From an uncultured bacterium (GTDB taxonomy: Bacteria > Chlamydiota > Chlamydiia > Chlamydiales > Waddliaceae), in NCBI GenBank assembly GCA_964635295.1, contig CAZWOB010000001.1, positions 47,743 to 111,742 of the forward strand: a DNA stretch of 64,000 nt, in the 5' to 3' direction. Below are positions 1 through 8,342 of the stretch, in pieces. Position numbers and translations under genes: made by a program. How positions within the stretch are numbered: position 1 is the first letter of the stretch; each line of letters opens with the position of its first letter. Below the pieces are notes generated by a model that had not been told where the DNA came from, searched no databases, and saw only the letters and a list, made by a program, of their open reading frames with translations.

Positions 1-109
1 TGAATGAAAGGTACGAACCGGTAAACAAGCCAATACGTGTTGAATTGGATGTATAGAAATTCCTTAGTGTGGGAGAAAACCTGTTCTTCCGCTATATTTT
101 TTCTCATTT

Positions 110-343
110 ATGGGGAGAAACTTTATGGCGCTTGCAATCGAGCAGTACGATCTATTCGACACCAGGTCATATGATGAAAAGCTTAGGGATGAATTGTTTC
201 AGAAAGTGGATGCTTTGAAAGCTAGCCAGGATAAAAGCCGGCGTAAGCTTTTTGGGATGGTCAACGATCTGATGAAGATTGTTATCCGTCTTGAGAAGGA
301 AAATGACAACCTGCGCCAGATGCTATTGAAAGAGGTGAAGTGA
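110..343 (+). CDS. hypothetical coiled-coil protein (plus-strand pair at left edge of window)
   Basis: 77-aa ORF with charged helical sequence (LRDELFQKVDALKASQDKSRRKL, LEKENDNLRQML). Its TGA stop overlaps the GTG start of the next ORF (GTGA at 340-343). Confidence 0.4.
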   Translation: MGRNFMALAIEQYDLFDTRSYDEKLRDELFQKVDALKASQDKSRRKLFGMVNDLMKIVIRLEKENDNLRQMLLKEVK

Positions 344-822
344 AAACAAGAACATTAATTACTAAAGAGCAAAAACTAAGGGCTTGGGGTCCGGGCCAAT
401 GGGTGGATGAACCAGATGCAGCTGAGTTTGTATCTCACGGATTAAATTGCCGTGTGATCCGAAATGGGAAGATTATTAGCGATGACCTCATTGTTGGAGG
501 AGTTTGGTGTGGATATGTTGAGGTTGATGAGTCGATGAAGAGTAAATTTGCTGACTGCGAGGTGCATGGCGGGATTACTTGGGAAGGTCCTCGCCTTAAT
601 TTGTTCAATGAAGAAGAATCATTTTGTATTGGCTTTGACTGCAACCACGCTTTCGATATATCGCCCTCTAACAATGAGGAAAAAATGTTTGCGCTCATGG
701 GTGGCGAGATTTTCCCTAAAGAGTACAGGGATTTCGATTTTGCTATTTCAGAAACAAAATATCTGGCCAAACAAATTTCTGAGATTATGGAAAAAGAAAA
801 GGAGCCTTTACAGACTCCCTGA
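340..822 (+). CDS. hypothetical phage-associated protein, Cys/His/Trp-rich
   Basis: 160-aa ORF translationally coupled to 110..343. Motifs WGPGQWVDEPD, GGVWCGYVEV, HGGITWEG, CIGFDCNHAFD. The antisense ORF 435..770 is judged a shadow. Confidence 0.5.
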   Translation: MKTRTLITKEQKLRAWGPGQWVDEPDAAEFVSHGLNCRVIRNGKIISDDLIVGGVWCGYVEVDESMKSKFADCEVHGGITWEGPRLNLFNEEESFCIGFDCNHAFDISPSNNEEKMFALMGGEIFPKEYRDFDFAISETKYLAKQISEIMEKEKEPLQTP

Positions 823-861
823 AAACACTTTTAAATAAGAATCGGAAATGAGATCTTCAGC

Positions 862-1029
862 TTAACCGTCTTCCGGTGTCAGGTCAATATCTATTCCAGT
901 GTGATGCTCGATAACATCCTCCATAGCCTCTTCAAGGGGGTGATCATCCTGAAGGCCAAGCTTGTCATTGATCACCGAGCAAGCGCCGAAGCACATCCCG
1001 ACAAACAGCATTGATAACGCAAGTTTCAT
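862..1029 (-). CDS. small acidic lipoprotein (phage moron, spanin-like or exclusion-like)
   Basis: Internal ATG at 1029 is preceded by AAGGA with 7-nt spacing. N-terminus MKLALSMLFVGMCFGAC is a signal peptide plus lipobox Cys. The mature part is about 39 aa and strongly acidic. The longer 862..1095 start lacks an RBS. Confidence 0.5.
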   Translation of the reverse strand: MKLALSMLFVGMCFGACSVINDKLGLQDDHPLEEAMEDVIEHHTGIDIDLTPEDG

Positions 1030-1197
1030 AAGTACATCCTTGTATTTGTAGAACATTTCATATCCTATGTAATTATTCATCCATGAAGTAAACATCTGAA
1101 AGCCCCACTTCTCTTAAACCTTCTCTGATATAAGTTAGATCGTAGATGAACGATTCGTTGCGTCTTCTGAAGATGAAAAATAAAGGTCCGTCCAAGA

Positions 1198-1419
1198 TCA
1201 ATAGGTCCCATTGAAATAAGCTTGTTTTTCGTCATCTGACATCGATGCGGAGCTTGCGATCTTATCCCGTGCAGAATTCATTAAGGCCTGCCTAGCCTGC
1301 TCTTCCTGTTCTGCTTGTTGCTGTATGGCTTCGTTGGCTGCCCATTCATCTCTGACAGCCTGTTCCTCTTGAAGGGTTAATTCTACTTTCCTGCCATTTA
1401 CTTGCTTATATAAAACCAT
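1198..1419 (-). CDS. hypothetical small phage protein downstream of the tail fibres
   Basis: 73-aa ORF, Gln/Glu-rich helix, last gene of the minus-strand fibre cluster. Confidence 0.45.
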   Translation of the reverse strand: MVLYKQVNGRKVELTLQEEQAVRDEWAANEAIQQQAEQEEQARQALMNSARDKIASSASMSDDEKQAYFNGTY

Positions 1420-1426
1420 GATTGAC

Positions 1427-2185
1427 CTACGATGGGGTTAAACCGTATAAACGGAATGTTCCTGACTCAATGTTTCCGCTGCTCATAAAGAACTGGATAG
1501 CATCCACAGCTTCTGCCGCCAGTCTAGCCCCTGCACTTCGATTGTTTACCAATTGATCAACATAGTTCATATAAGTTGCCCTGGCCGTCATCATTGTATA
1601 TCCTGACCCTGATGGGTTAAACAAATCTAAAATAATATTTCCACTTTCATTTGTGTCGCTTCCTAACTCAGTACCAGCTAATAGTCTAATATAAGTAAAT
1701 CCTCCAGCAAAACCATTAATATTACTACTGCTATTGGCTGATTGATAGATATATCCATAGTCATAATTTGAAGCACCTGAATCAAAAGTTGATCCATTGT
1801 CGCTGGAAGTACGAATTCTAAACTCAACTTCATCAGTTTCCGGAACTAAATCTGTTATCACCCATTGGTATTGGATATAGCTCGAATCTAAATCCGTAAA
1901 TTCAATCGTAGCATCGTTTGATGCTGTAGTCGAAGAAATGAAAGTCCACGCCCCAGAACCAGCCGCATTTGTTGCCCACTTCAATCCAGTCGATTCCCCG
2001 CTGTCAGCTGTTAAGACCTGATCGTTACTTCCCACACCAATGCGTTGATAAGCCGATCCATCGTAAACTAACAAATCACCTTTCGTCGTCAGGTCAATAG
2101 GGGTAAAACTTCCGTCGGATGGATCGAAGATTTGAAGCCCTTCACCAGTGATATTCATACTGTTTATCGTCATGCTACCGTCCAA
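1427..2185 (-). CDS. tail fibre protein
   Basis: 252 aa. N-terminal motif TTKGDLLVYDGSAYQRIGVGSNDQVLTADSGESTGLKWA is typical of phage fibre N-termini. Overlaps the upstream fibre ORF by 16 nt. Confidence 0.6.
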   Translation of the reverse strand: MDGSMTINSMNITGEGLQIFDPSDGSFTPIDLTTKGDLLVYDGSAYQRIGVGSNDQVLTADSGESTGLKWATNAAGSGAWTFISSTTASNDATIEFTDLDSSYIQYQWVITDLVPETDEVEFRIRTSSDNGSTFDSGASNYDYGYIYQSANSSSNINGFAGGFTYIRLLAGTELGSDTNESGNIILDLFNPSGSGYTMMTARATYMNYVDQLVNNRSAGARLAAEAVDAIQFFMSSGNIESGTFRLYGLTPS

Positions 2186-3327
2186 CTCCCTACTGAATTA
2201 ATTACTCTAAATCTGTTTGCATCAACACAAACGATGACCACGCTATCCCCTTGATTTAACGATTCGATATAACCCCCGGCTCCAGATGTAGAAGCCGTGT
2301 TACCGAACCGTATTTGCTGAGACGCATTTTGAGCGATTCTGACCTTGCCAGCGCCTTCCTGGTATGCAGCGAAGGCGTCATTAATGTTACACGATACAGG
2401 AAGCGTTAAAGTGACTGTTCCTGCGTTATTTGCAAAAATACCTTCATTGGCTACCAGAGTCCTGGAAGTACCCGTCTCCTCATCCCATACGAAACCGGCA
2501 CTAGCTCCCCCAGCAGGAGTTACCCATCCATCTGAGTTAACATTGAAGAAATTGGAGTCGAGCTGTACAAGTCCAACAGCATCCTTATTCCCTGGAGCAG
2601 AAGAGGAGCTTCCCGCCACCTGCAACTGTAAATCGATGTCGTCTGTCGAAGGATTTCTTGCTGAAAACAAAGGTTTGGAGTTGGTTCCATTATCGACCAC
2701 GCTTCCTGTAAGATCGATGTCGCCATTCGCATCAGCTGTTGCAGTGTTTGTATCATCCAGGGTAAAGGATGCAATGGGTGGGTTTACCGTGCTTCCTTTC
2801 AAAGACACCATTCCTGAAGTTGCATCCTGTTGGAACTGGTTCTCATTGAATGAGCAGATCCCAGCTTGGGAAGCGTCTCCTGGCGTTGGAGTCACCGTTG
2901 TGCTGATCTGTATTTCCCCGTCTTGCAGGCTAGATCCTGGCGTTCCTTTAAAATGCAGGGCTTTTGAGTTGGTTGCATTGGCTACAGTCTTACCATTGAA
3001 CGTAATCGTACCGCCAGTCGGACCAACAGCACCACCGGAGTCTCCTGTTATAGATGATACTGTACCACCTGGACTAGTCGACGTAGATATGAGCTTCCAG
3101 TCAGCAGAATTAGACGTGATGTCCGCCAGATAATAAAGGTCGCCCTCTGTTGAGCTGTCTGTAGGGTTTTTTCCTACTCTCCAAAAGTGAGGCCTCTCAT
3201 AGTATTTCGCTGTCCTTGGATCTTTGATGTCTGTCGACAAGGGAGCTCTTGAGACATTGACATAAGGACAAGTAAACTTTTCTAATCTCTGATTCGCCTG
3301 TCTGTTAAAATTATTCGGCTTAGGCAT
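2170..3327 (-). CDS. tail fibre / spike protein (Gly/Ser/Thr-rich)
   Basis: 385 aa, Gly/Thr/Ser-rich, repetitive beta-type composition, lies within the fibre cluster. The large antisense ORF 2345..3133 is judged a shadow. Confidence 0.55.
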   Translation of the reverse strand: MPKPNNFNRQANQRLEKFTCPYVNVSRAPLSTDIKDPRTAKYYERPHFWRVGKNPTDSSTEGDLYYLADITSNSADWKLISTSTSPGGTVSSITGDSGGAVGPTGGTITFNGKTVANATNSKALHFKGTPGSSLQDGEIQISTTVTPTPGDASQAGICSFNENQFQQDATSGMVSLKGSTVNPPIASFTLDDTNTATADANGDIDLTGSVVDNGTNSKPLFSARNPSTDDIDLQLQVAGSSSSAPGNKDAVGLVQLDSNFFNVNSDGWVTPAGGASAGFVWDEETGTSRTLVANEGIFANNAGTVTLTLPVSCNINDAFAAYQEGAGKVRIAQNASQQIRFGNTASTSGAGGYIESLNQGDSVVIVCVDANRFRVINSVGSWTVA

Positions 3328-3329
3328 CC

Positions 3330-3989
3330 TTAAAAACTCCTTATCGGTGGACCATCATCAGTTCGGACATTTGTAAAGGTTACAGTTCCGTTATTTCCAT
3401 TTCCGCTCAAATCTCTCTCAGGTGAATCACCAATGCATGACCAGAAACCAATAAGATTTTCCCTTACACTTCCAGGCTTATGCATCGTTTCAACAATTTC
3501 TGACTGACTTAATTGCCGATCCCAAATTTGTGGGTAACAAAAGTAACCAAGTGCGTTGTCATTCAAAGAAGCATTATTTACAAAAATTAGATCATTTCCT
3601 GAATCGCTACTGCTTGAACCTGTTGGTGCAGTTTGCAGGGAGTTGGTTAAAAGATTCCCATTATAATACAGCAACACCCTATTTGATGTTGAGCTTGAGT
3701 CGTAAACAAAAGAGAAGTATCCCCATACATTTGTCAATGAAACATCAGCTTGATCGAAATAATTTGTGCCACTAAATTCTTGAACGAAAAAAACCCTGTC
3801 AGTTCCAGTAACCGTGTAAGAAAAGTTCCACCCATTGTTTTTTTCAAAGTAATATCCGGATGATGCCGTTGGCCTAGCCCAGAAACAAACGGTTCCTCCA
3901 CCAGAAAAAATATTCGTTAGAATAGAATCCGAACCGAAATTGATGTTCGGCGATCCAATCGAATTAGCGATGTATCTGCTACACCCCAT
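3330..3989 (-). CDS. LamG / concanavalin-like jelly-roll domain protein (receptor-binding accessory)
   Basis: 219 aa. GGGTVCFWARPTASSGYYFEK ... RVLLYYNGNLL ... IWDRQLSQSEI resembles the LamG-type lectin fold pattern. Confidence 0.5.
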   Translation of the reverse strand: MGCSRYIANSIGSPNINFGSDSILTNIFSGGGTVCFWARPTASSGYYFEKNNGWNFSYTVTGTDRVFFVQEFSGTNYFDQADVSLTNVWGYFSFVYDSSSTSNRVLLYYNGNLLTNSLQTAPTGSSSSDSGNDLIFVNNASLNDNALGYFCYPQIWDRQLSQSEIVETMHKPGSVRENLIGFWSCIGDSPERDLSGNGNNGTVTFTNVRTDDGPPIRSF

Positions 3990-4693
3990 TATGCCCTCGG
4001 TATCTCTACTGAAAAACCCACTACGTATAAATCACCATTCAGGTTAGTACCTGAAGGTGCTATTCGTGACAATCTAGCCATCACGAAATCATCAGCCGAC
4101 CATCCAAGATTGCTGACCGTTTCTGTCCATGTCGCCTCTGTAATATCATCTTGCGTCCCGTCAATTGCAAGATCCCCCGAATCAACACTTGTGTAAGAAC
4201 CGTCCCATGATTCGGAATTATCTACCGCTCTGTGATCGAAGGCAAGTTGTACAAATCGGGAAGCCACAGCAGTCGCCGCATACATCCAAACCCGAAACGT
4301 TACTGTTCCTGAAGTGTCAATATCCGATGGTGCTTTGAAAGAAAAATTCACGAACTCCTCAATTGTGTCATTAAAAGCTCTGGATAATATCCGGGAAGTT
4401 GAACCATTATCCTGATTTAAAGGAGCAAAGTTTGTCTCTAAAGCGTCGAAATCAGATGCCTTATAATAGTACACCTTATCAGGAATAGTACCCCCACTCT
4501 CTGCCGCCCACGAAGGAATTCCAGAAGCCAGCTTCAATACCTCACCGTCAGAGCCGGCAGCTAGCTTAGAAAGAGTAGTAGAATCCGAAGCATAAAGAAT
4601 ATCTCCAGCGTTATAACTTGATTGTCCCGTACCACCATTATCTGCCGACACAGGCGTAGATAGACCAGAACCTCCACTTATCGTTCCATCCAT
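3989..4693 (-). CDS. tail fibre protein
   Basis: 234 aa. N-terminus VSADNGGTGQSSYNAGDILYASDSTTLSKLAAGSDGEVLKLASGIPSWA is the same fibre N-terminal motif class as 1427..2185. Confidence 0.6.
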   Translation of the reverse strand: MDGTISGGSGLSTPVSADNGGTGQSSYNAGDILYASDSTTLSKLAAGSDGEVLKLASGIPSWAAESGGTIPDKVYYYKASDFDALETNFAPLNQDNGSTSRILSRAFNDTIEEFVNFSFKAPSDIDTSGTVTFRVWMYAATAVASRFVQLAFDHRAVDNSESWDGSYTSVDSGDLAIDGTQDDITEATWTETVSNLGWSADDFVMARLSRIAPSGTNLNGDLYVVGFSVEIPRA

Positions 4694-5028
4694 TAAAACC
4701 TCTTCACGTTAAAGATAATATCCCCTGATGTACCTGCACCCGTCACCTGCTTAACCTGCACCTGAGCCCCTCCAGGTAGGCAGTACCTGCTGTCTTCAGA
4801 CCTTCCGTCCCAGTTATCCCTGTTGTCTGAGAAAGATCCGCCAGCTGGTATGACAGGGCCATTTGTCGCACCATCATCGAAAGAGCTCTGTACAGACACA
4901 TCTGAGTCATTGAAAATCACAAAACCATATGCAGCGCTTTCAAGAACAGATCCCAGGTCCTGATAGCTTCCTGTTAGACTGGTAGAATCAAATGATCTCG
5001 CTGGGTCGTAAATAGGTAATCTAGCCAT
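4693..5028 (-). CDS. hypothetical virion protein
   Basis: 111-aa ORF tightly packed in the structural operon (shares its boundary base with 3989..4693). Confidence 0.45.
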   Translation of the reverse strand: MARLPIYDPARSFDSTSLTGSYQDLGSVLESAAYGFVIFNDSDVSVQSSFDDGATNGPVIPAGGSFSDNRDNWDGRSEDSRYCLPGGAQVQVKQVTGAGTSGDIIFNVKRF

Positions 5029-5038
5029 CTACTCCCCC

Positions 5039-5617
5039 TTAAATTGACTGAACAACGTAGTAAACGCGAACAGAAACAGTGTTGTCATTGGCAGCGTTTC
5101 CGGCTATCTCGCCATCTCCGGTATTGTGCAATACCAACGCCTGGTTTTCTGCTGAAGCGGCAGCTACGATTGCATCTGATGCCGGCTCACCGTTGGTGTA
5201 GGTGTCGGCAGTGGCATCGATGAAGTTAGTGGATTCAATTGTACCGGAGACTGCTACACCAGACCCATTGGTATACTTGATAGCAAGGTTATCAGCACTT
5301 TCTGTAAAAGCGTTTGAGCCTCCGTAATTCAGTTTAAGCAATGCTCCCATGAACTTAATCGCAGATCCTGCACCTTGTGCAGCGACGAGGGTTTGAGGAG
5401 TGGCGCGCAGGGCTTTTACCTCAGCGGAAGTAAGCGTTACATCAGCGTGTTGAAGGAAACCTGCTTGACCGAGATATGTTGTTAATGACTTTGGAGACAG
5501 GTAAACATCGTCTCTTGTCTCGTCTACAGCCTCGGTTGCAGTGGCGAATCTGGCTATCCCTGCTCTCGTTTCTCTAGCCTGCTCTACCATCGCTGTTCTG
5601 TTGGGGTACTTTGGCAT
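5039..5617 (-). CDS. virion structural protein (fibre/collar-like N-terminus)
   Basis: 192 aa. Strong RBS AAGGAGGAAGTA before the ATG. FATATEAVDETRDDVYLSPKSL resembles the conserved fibre/collar N-terminal motif. Confidence 0.5.
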   Translation of the reverse strand: MPKYPNRTAMVEQARETRAGIARFATATEAVDETRDDVYLSPKSLTTYLGQAGFLQHADVTLTSAEVKALRATPQTLVAAQGAGSAIKFMGALLKLNYGGSNAFTESADNLAIKYTNGSGVAVSGTIESTNFIDATADTYTNGEPASDAIVAAASAENQALVLHNTGDGEIAGNAANDNTVSVRVYYVVQSI

Positions 5618-5685
5618 TACTTCCTCCTTGAAGTAAGAAATTCATTTAAGTTTTCTAAAACACTAAGTTTTAGTACAATAAAAAT

Positions 5686-5850
5686 ATGAACGCAATTGAT
5701 CGAAGAAAAAAACAATTAGAAGAAGAAACTGCAAAGCGTAAGGCGAAAAACGTAAAGTTTTTCTTGTTTTGCGCCTTTCTAACATTCTTTTACCTTCCTC
5801 TAGGGATTGTAGGAATGTTTTATTGTTTGCTGTTTCTTGACTACTCCTGA
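5686..5850 (+). CDS. small tail-anchored membrane peptide, antisense to the structural operon (not in the supplied ORF track, under 60 aa)
   Basis: Translated by hand: MNAIDRRKKQLEEETAKRKAKNVKFFLFCAFLTFFYLPLGIVGMFYCLLFLDYS (54 aa). TACAAT box lies 5-10 nt upstream of the ATG. The 3' end overlaps the stop of 5841..8342 by 10 nt. Confidence 0.4.
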   Translation: MNAIDRRKKQLEEETAKRKAKNVKFFLFCAFLTFFYLPLGIVGMFYCLLFLDYS

Positions 5851-8342
5851 TCATTTTTCAACTCTTCTTCAATTAATTTATTGAGTTGTAAAATCGTTGT
5901 TTCCATTGCCTTTGGGCTGGGATTTGCCTTCAAGAATTTTAATCTGGATAAAATGCGTTTATTCTTTAAGAGCCTGGGCAAAAGCTTGGAAACAACATGC
6001 GCCCCAACCACACCTTTAAATATAGCAGGTGCTATACCTAGTGTTTTCAGTAAGGCAGCACCATAAACTGCCTCTTTTCCATGGTGTCTTAACCATCCAG
6101 CAGGATCTTCTTCAAATACCGGTTCAGCAGGTTCTGGTGCCTTAGCAGCTCCTTTTACCTTTCTCTGTTTCTCAGCAAATGCTTTTCTGGAAAAGGCATC
6201 CTGTATTTTTTGGTCCGTAGCTTTAACCACAGATTCAATATCTGCCAGGGTATTAAATGCGGTATTTCCATCTATGGATCTAAGAACACGCATCAAATCG
6301 TCATTTTTCAAAACTTCTTTAAGTTTTTGGTATTCAATCAATCCATCTTTACTTAAGAATCCATCATAAATTGAATTTACAATCCCTCTTTCAACAGATT
6401 GAAGGGCATTTCTGCCTTGGACGCTTCCTCTTAGAGCTTCCCTGACAATTCCCAACCCCTGAGGTGTTTGCCCAAGTTCAATGGCAAATTTAGGAAGTTG
6501 ACCAGTTTCAGAGGCTTCAAATACAGAATCTAAAACCCTTTTTTTCAATACAGGACGTTTGGATACTAATGGATCATTTTTCTTTTCTATGAATTCCAGA
6601 GCATCTTGTGACCTTTGAGACAAACTTGGTCTGATATCCTCAGTAATTCTTTGATTGCCTGGCGTCGTTGTACGGTTGTTTATCTCTTCAAGGACCAGTC
6701 TTTCTAAAGTATTTACTTGTGGAGCAAAGCCTTCCTGATTTTTAACCTGAAGCGCGTTTTTAAGAGCCTCAAACTCTGCCGGATTTGTCACGTCACCAAT
6801 GATATTTAATGGAGACTCACCCCTTTGAAGCTTGACGACAACATCCCTTCCGAAAGTCTCAGCATCTTGCTGATGGGACCTCTCAGCCTTCCTAAACTCT
6901 ATAAAGGCATCTCTGTCAAGAGACCTGATAGCGTTGTTCAAGTCTTGTTTAGCCGCGTTTCTAACCGGCGAGACCAATCGTTTATATGTTTTCTTTGCCT
7001 GCAGATCAGGAAACTCAAAATCTGTGAAATTGTTACTATTTTGCTTCAACTTGATCGCATTGCGAACACTGATTGATCCATCTTCATTAAAAAGTTCAAG
7101 TTGATCACTGAAATGTTGACGGATGGAATTTTGAGCGCTAGAAGGGATACCGCTAGTCTCAATCTCATCAGCCAATCTGGCTGACTCTGTAAGATAATCA
7201 TCCAATCTAATCAGTGATTCTCCGATCATGGCATCAACATTATTATAGAGGTTTGATGTAACCGCTTTGTGCCTGGTGAATTGCTCGCCGATTCCATTTT
7301 TGATTGTTTGTAAGGACTGTTTTCTAGTCCTTTTTATGGGGTCTATCTGATCTAAAAGCCTAGGTACTTCACCCTGTATTACCTGTCTGGCTAACTGTTG
7401 ATCAGATATAGGCTCAATCTTTACCTTAGGTGTCTGCACACGATCTTTAACAGAAAACCCCAGAGGTTCGGAAGCGTCTTCAATGATAGGATTAATCGCG
7501 CTCCTTAATTGACTTGTCTTTTGTTTTGTAAGCTGTTTCTTAAACTTGGGTGCTTCTGGTCCTACAGGATCTCTTTTTAATGCAGATGGTTTTACCGGTT
7601 CGAAAGAAGTTAGACTTAAAGCCAAATCAGCTACGTTGGCAACCCCTTCCGGTGCATCCATTTCCCTGAGTCCTTGACCACTTACCCCTCCCAAAGCAAA
7701 CTGTCTTCCTACACCTGCACCAAATAAAGGGAAAGATTCTCCAAAACGTCCGGTTCCCTCTTGGACAACCCTACCTATTGGCGTTTGAGCTGTTAAATCC
7801 AATCCTGTTGCCTGTTCAACGCTTTGTCTCAACTCTTCCCTGTTTGGCCCCTGTGCAACTGCAGGAATGTCTGTAAACCCAGACAATGTGCCAGGATCGG
7901 GTTGAAAGAGTCCGGAAACGAAATCATCGAACTGATTTAAACCAGTACTCTCCAAAATTTGACCCGCTCTATCTCTTCCTACTAACGATTCCAAGGGTGT
8001 CTTTCTGTCTAAAGGTTCAAAACCTAAAAGCTGACGAGTAGCGTTTAAAGGATCTTTAACAAAATCCATTACACCAAGAGCGCCCCTTGCTGCAGCTGTT
8101 GGAGAAGTCACCGCTCCAAACGCCAGTTCAGGCGCCGCAGTTGCTATGATATCCTCTCCTGTATCTCGCTGACGATCTTCTTTTAAAATATTCAAAATAT
8201 CATCATCGGAGAAGTTATTGCTCCTTGCCTCTTTAATTCTCTCACCAAATTCAGGTGCATTTTCTGCAATAGAGTCCAGTATTTGTTTACTGTTAAAGTC
8301 TTTTTGAGCACTCTCAATTGCCGAAAAAGTTGGTAGACTCAT
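5841..8342 (-). CDS. large virion protein, internal/ejection-protein-like by position
   Basis: 833 aa with no obvious enzymatic motif. Last of three consecutive overlapping large ORFs after the nozzle-sized gene. C-terminal hydrophobic segment AVYGAALLKTLGIAPAIFKGVVGAHVV. Confidence 0.45.
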   Translation of the reverse strand: MSLPTFSAIESAQKDFNSKQILDSIAENAPEFGERIKEARSNNFSDDDILNILKEDRQRDTGEDIIATAAPELAFGAVTSPTAAARGALGVMDFVKDPLNATRQLLGFEPLDRKTPLESLVGRDRAGQILESTGLNQFDDFVSGLFQPDPGTLSGFTDIPAVAQGPNREELRQSVEQATGLDLTAQTPIGRVVQEGTGRFGESFPLFGAGVGRQFALGGVSGQGLREMDAPEGVANVADLALSLTSFEPVKPSALKRDPVGPEAPKFKKQLTKQKTSQLRSAINPIIEDASEPLGFSVKDRVQTPKVKIEPISDQQLARQVIQGEVPRLLDQIDPIKRTRKQSLQTIKNGIGEQFTRHKAVTSNLYNNVDAMIGESLIRLDDYLTESARLADEIETSGIPSSAQNSIRQHFSDQLELFNEDGSISVRNAIKLKQNSNNFTDFEFPDLQAKKTYKRLVSPVRNAAKQDLNNAIRSLDRDAFIEFRKAERSHQQDAETFGRDVVVKLQRGESPLNIIGDVTNPAEFEALKNALQVKNQEGFAPQVNTLERLVLEEINNRTTTPGNQRITEDIRPSLSQRSQDALEFIEKKNDPLVSKRPVLKKRVLDSVFEASETGQLPKFAIELGQTPQGLGIVREALRGSVQGRNALQSVERGIVNSIYDGFLSKDGLIEYQKLKEVLKNDDLMRVLRSIDGNTAFNTLADIESVVKATDQKIQDAFSRKAFAEKQRKVKGAAKAPEPAEPVFEEDPAGWLRHHGKEAVYGAALLKTLGIAPAIFKGVVGAHVVSKLLPRLLKNKRILSRLKFLKANPSPKAMETTILQLNKLIEEELKNDQE

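Noticed and set aside
2345-3133. 262-aa plus-strand ORF, with 2520..2774, opposite the 385-aa fibre gene
   Set aside because: Low-complexity Pro/Ser/Val-rich translation with no RBS. It lies entirely antisense to a well-packed fibre ORF, so it is treated as a shadow frame. The same reasoning applies to 435..770, 548..838, 8715..9005, 10586..10981, 13151..13486, 15680..15955 and 16607..16804.
5663-5854. 63-aa minus-strand ORF in the gap between the 833-aa and 192-aa virion genes
   Set aside because: Odd composition and no RBS. The same DNA encodes a more protein-like 54-aa membrane peptide on the plus strand with a -10 box, so the minus ORF is judged the shadow. Neither has been confirmed.
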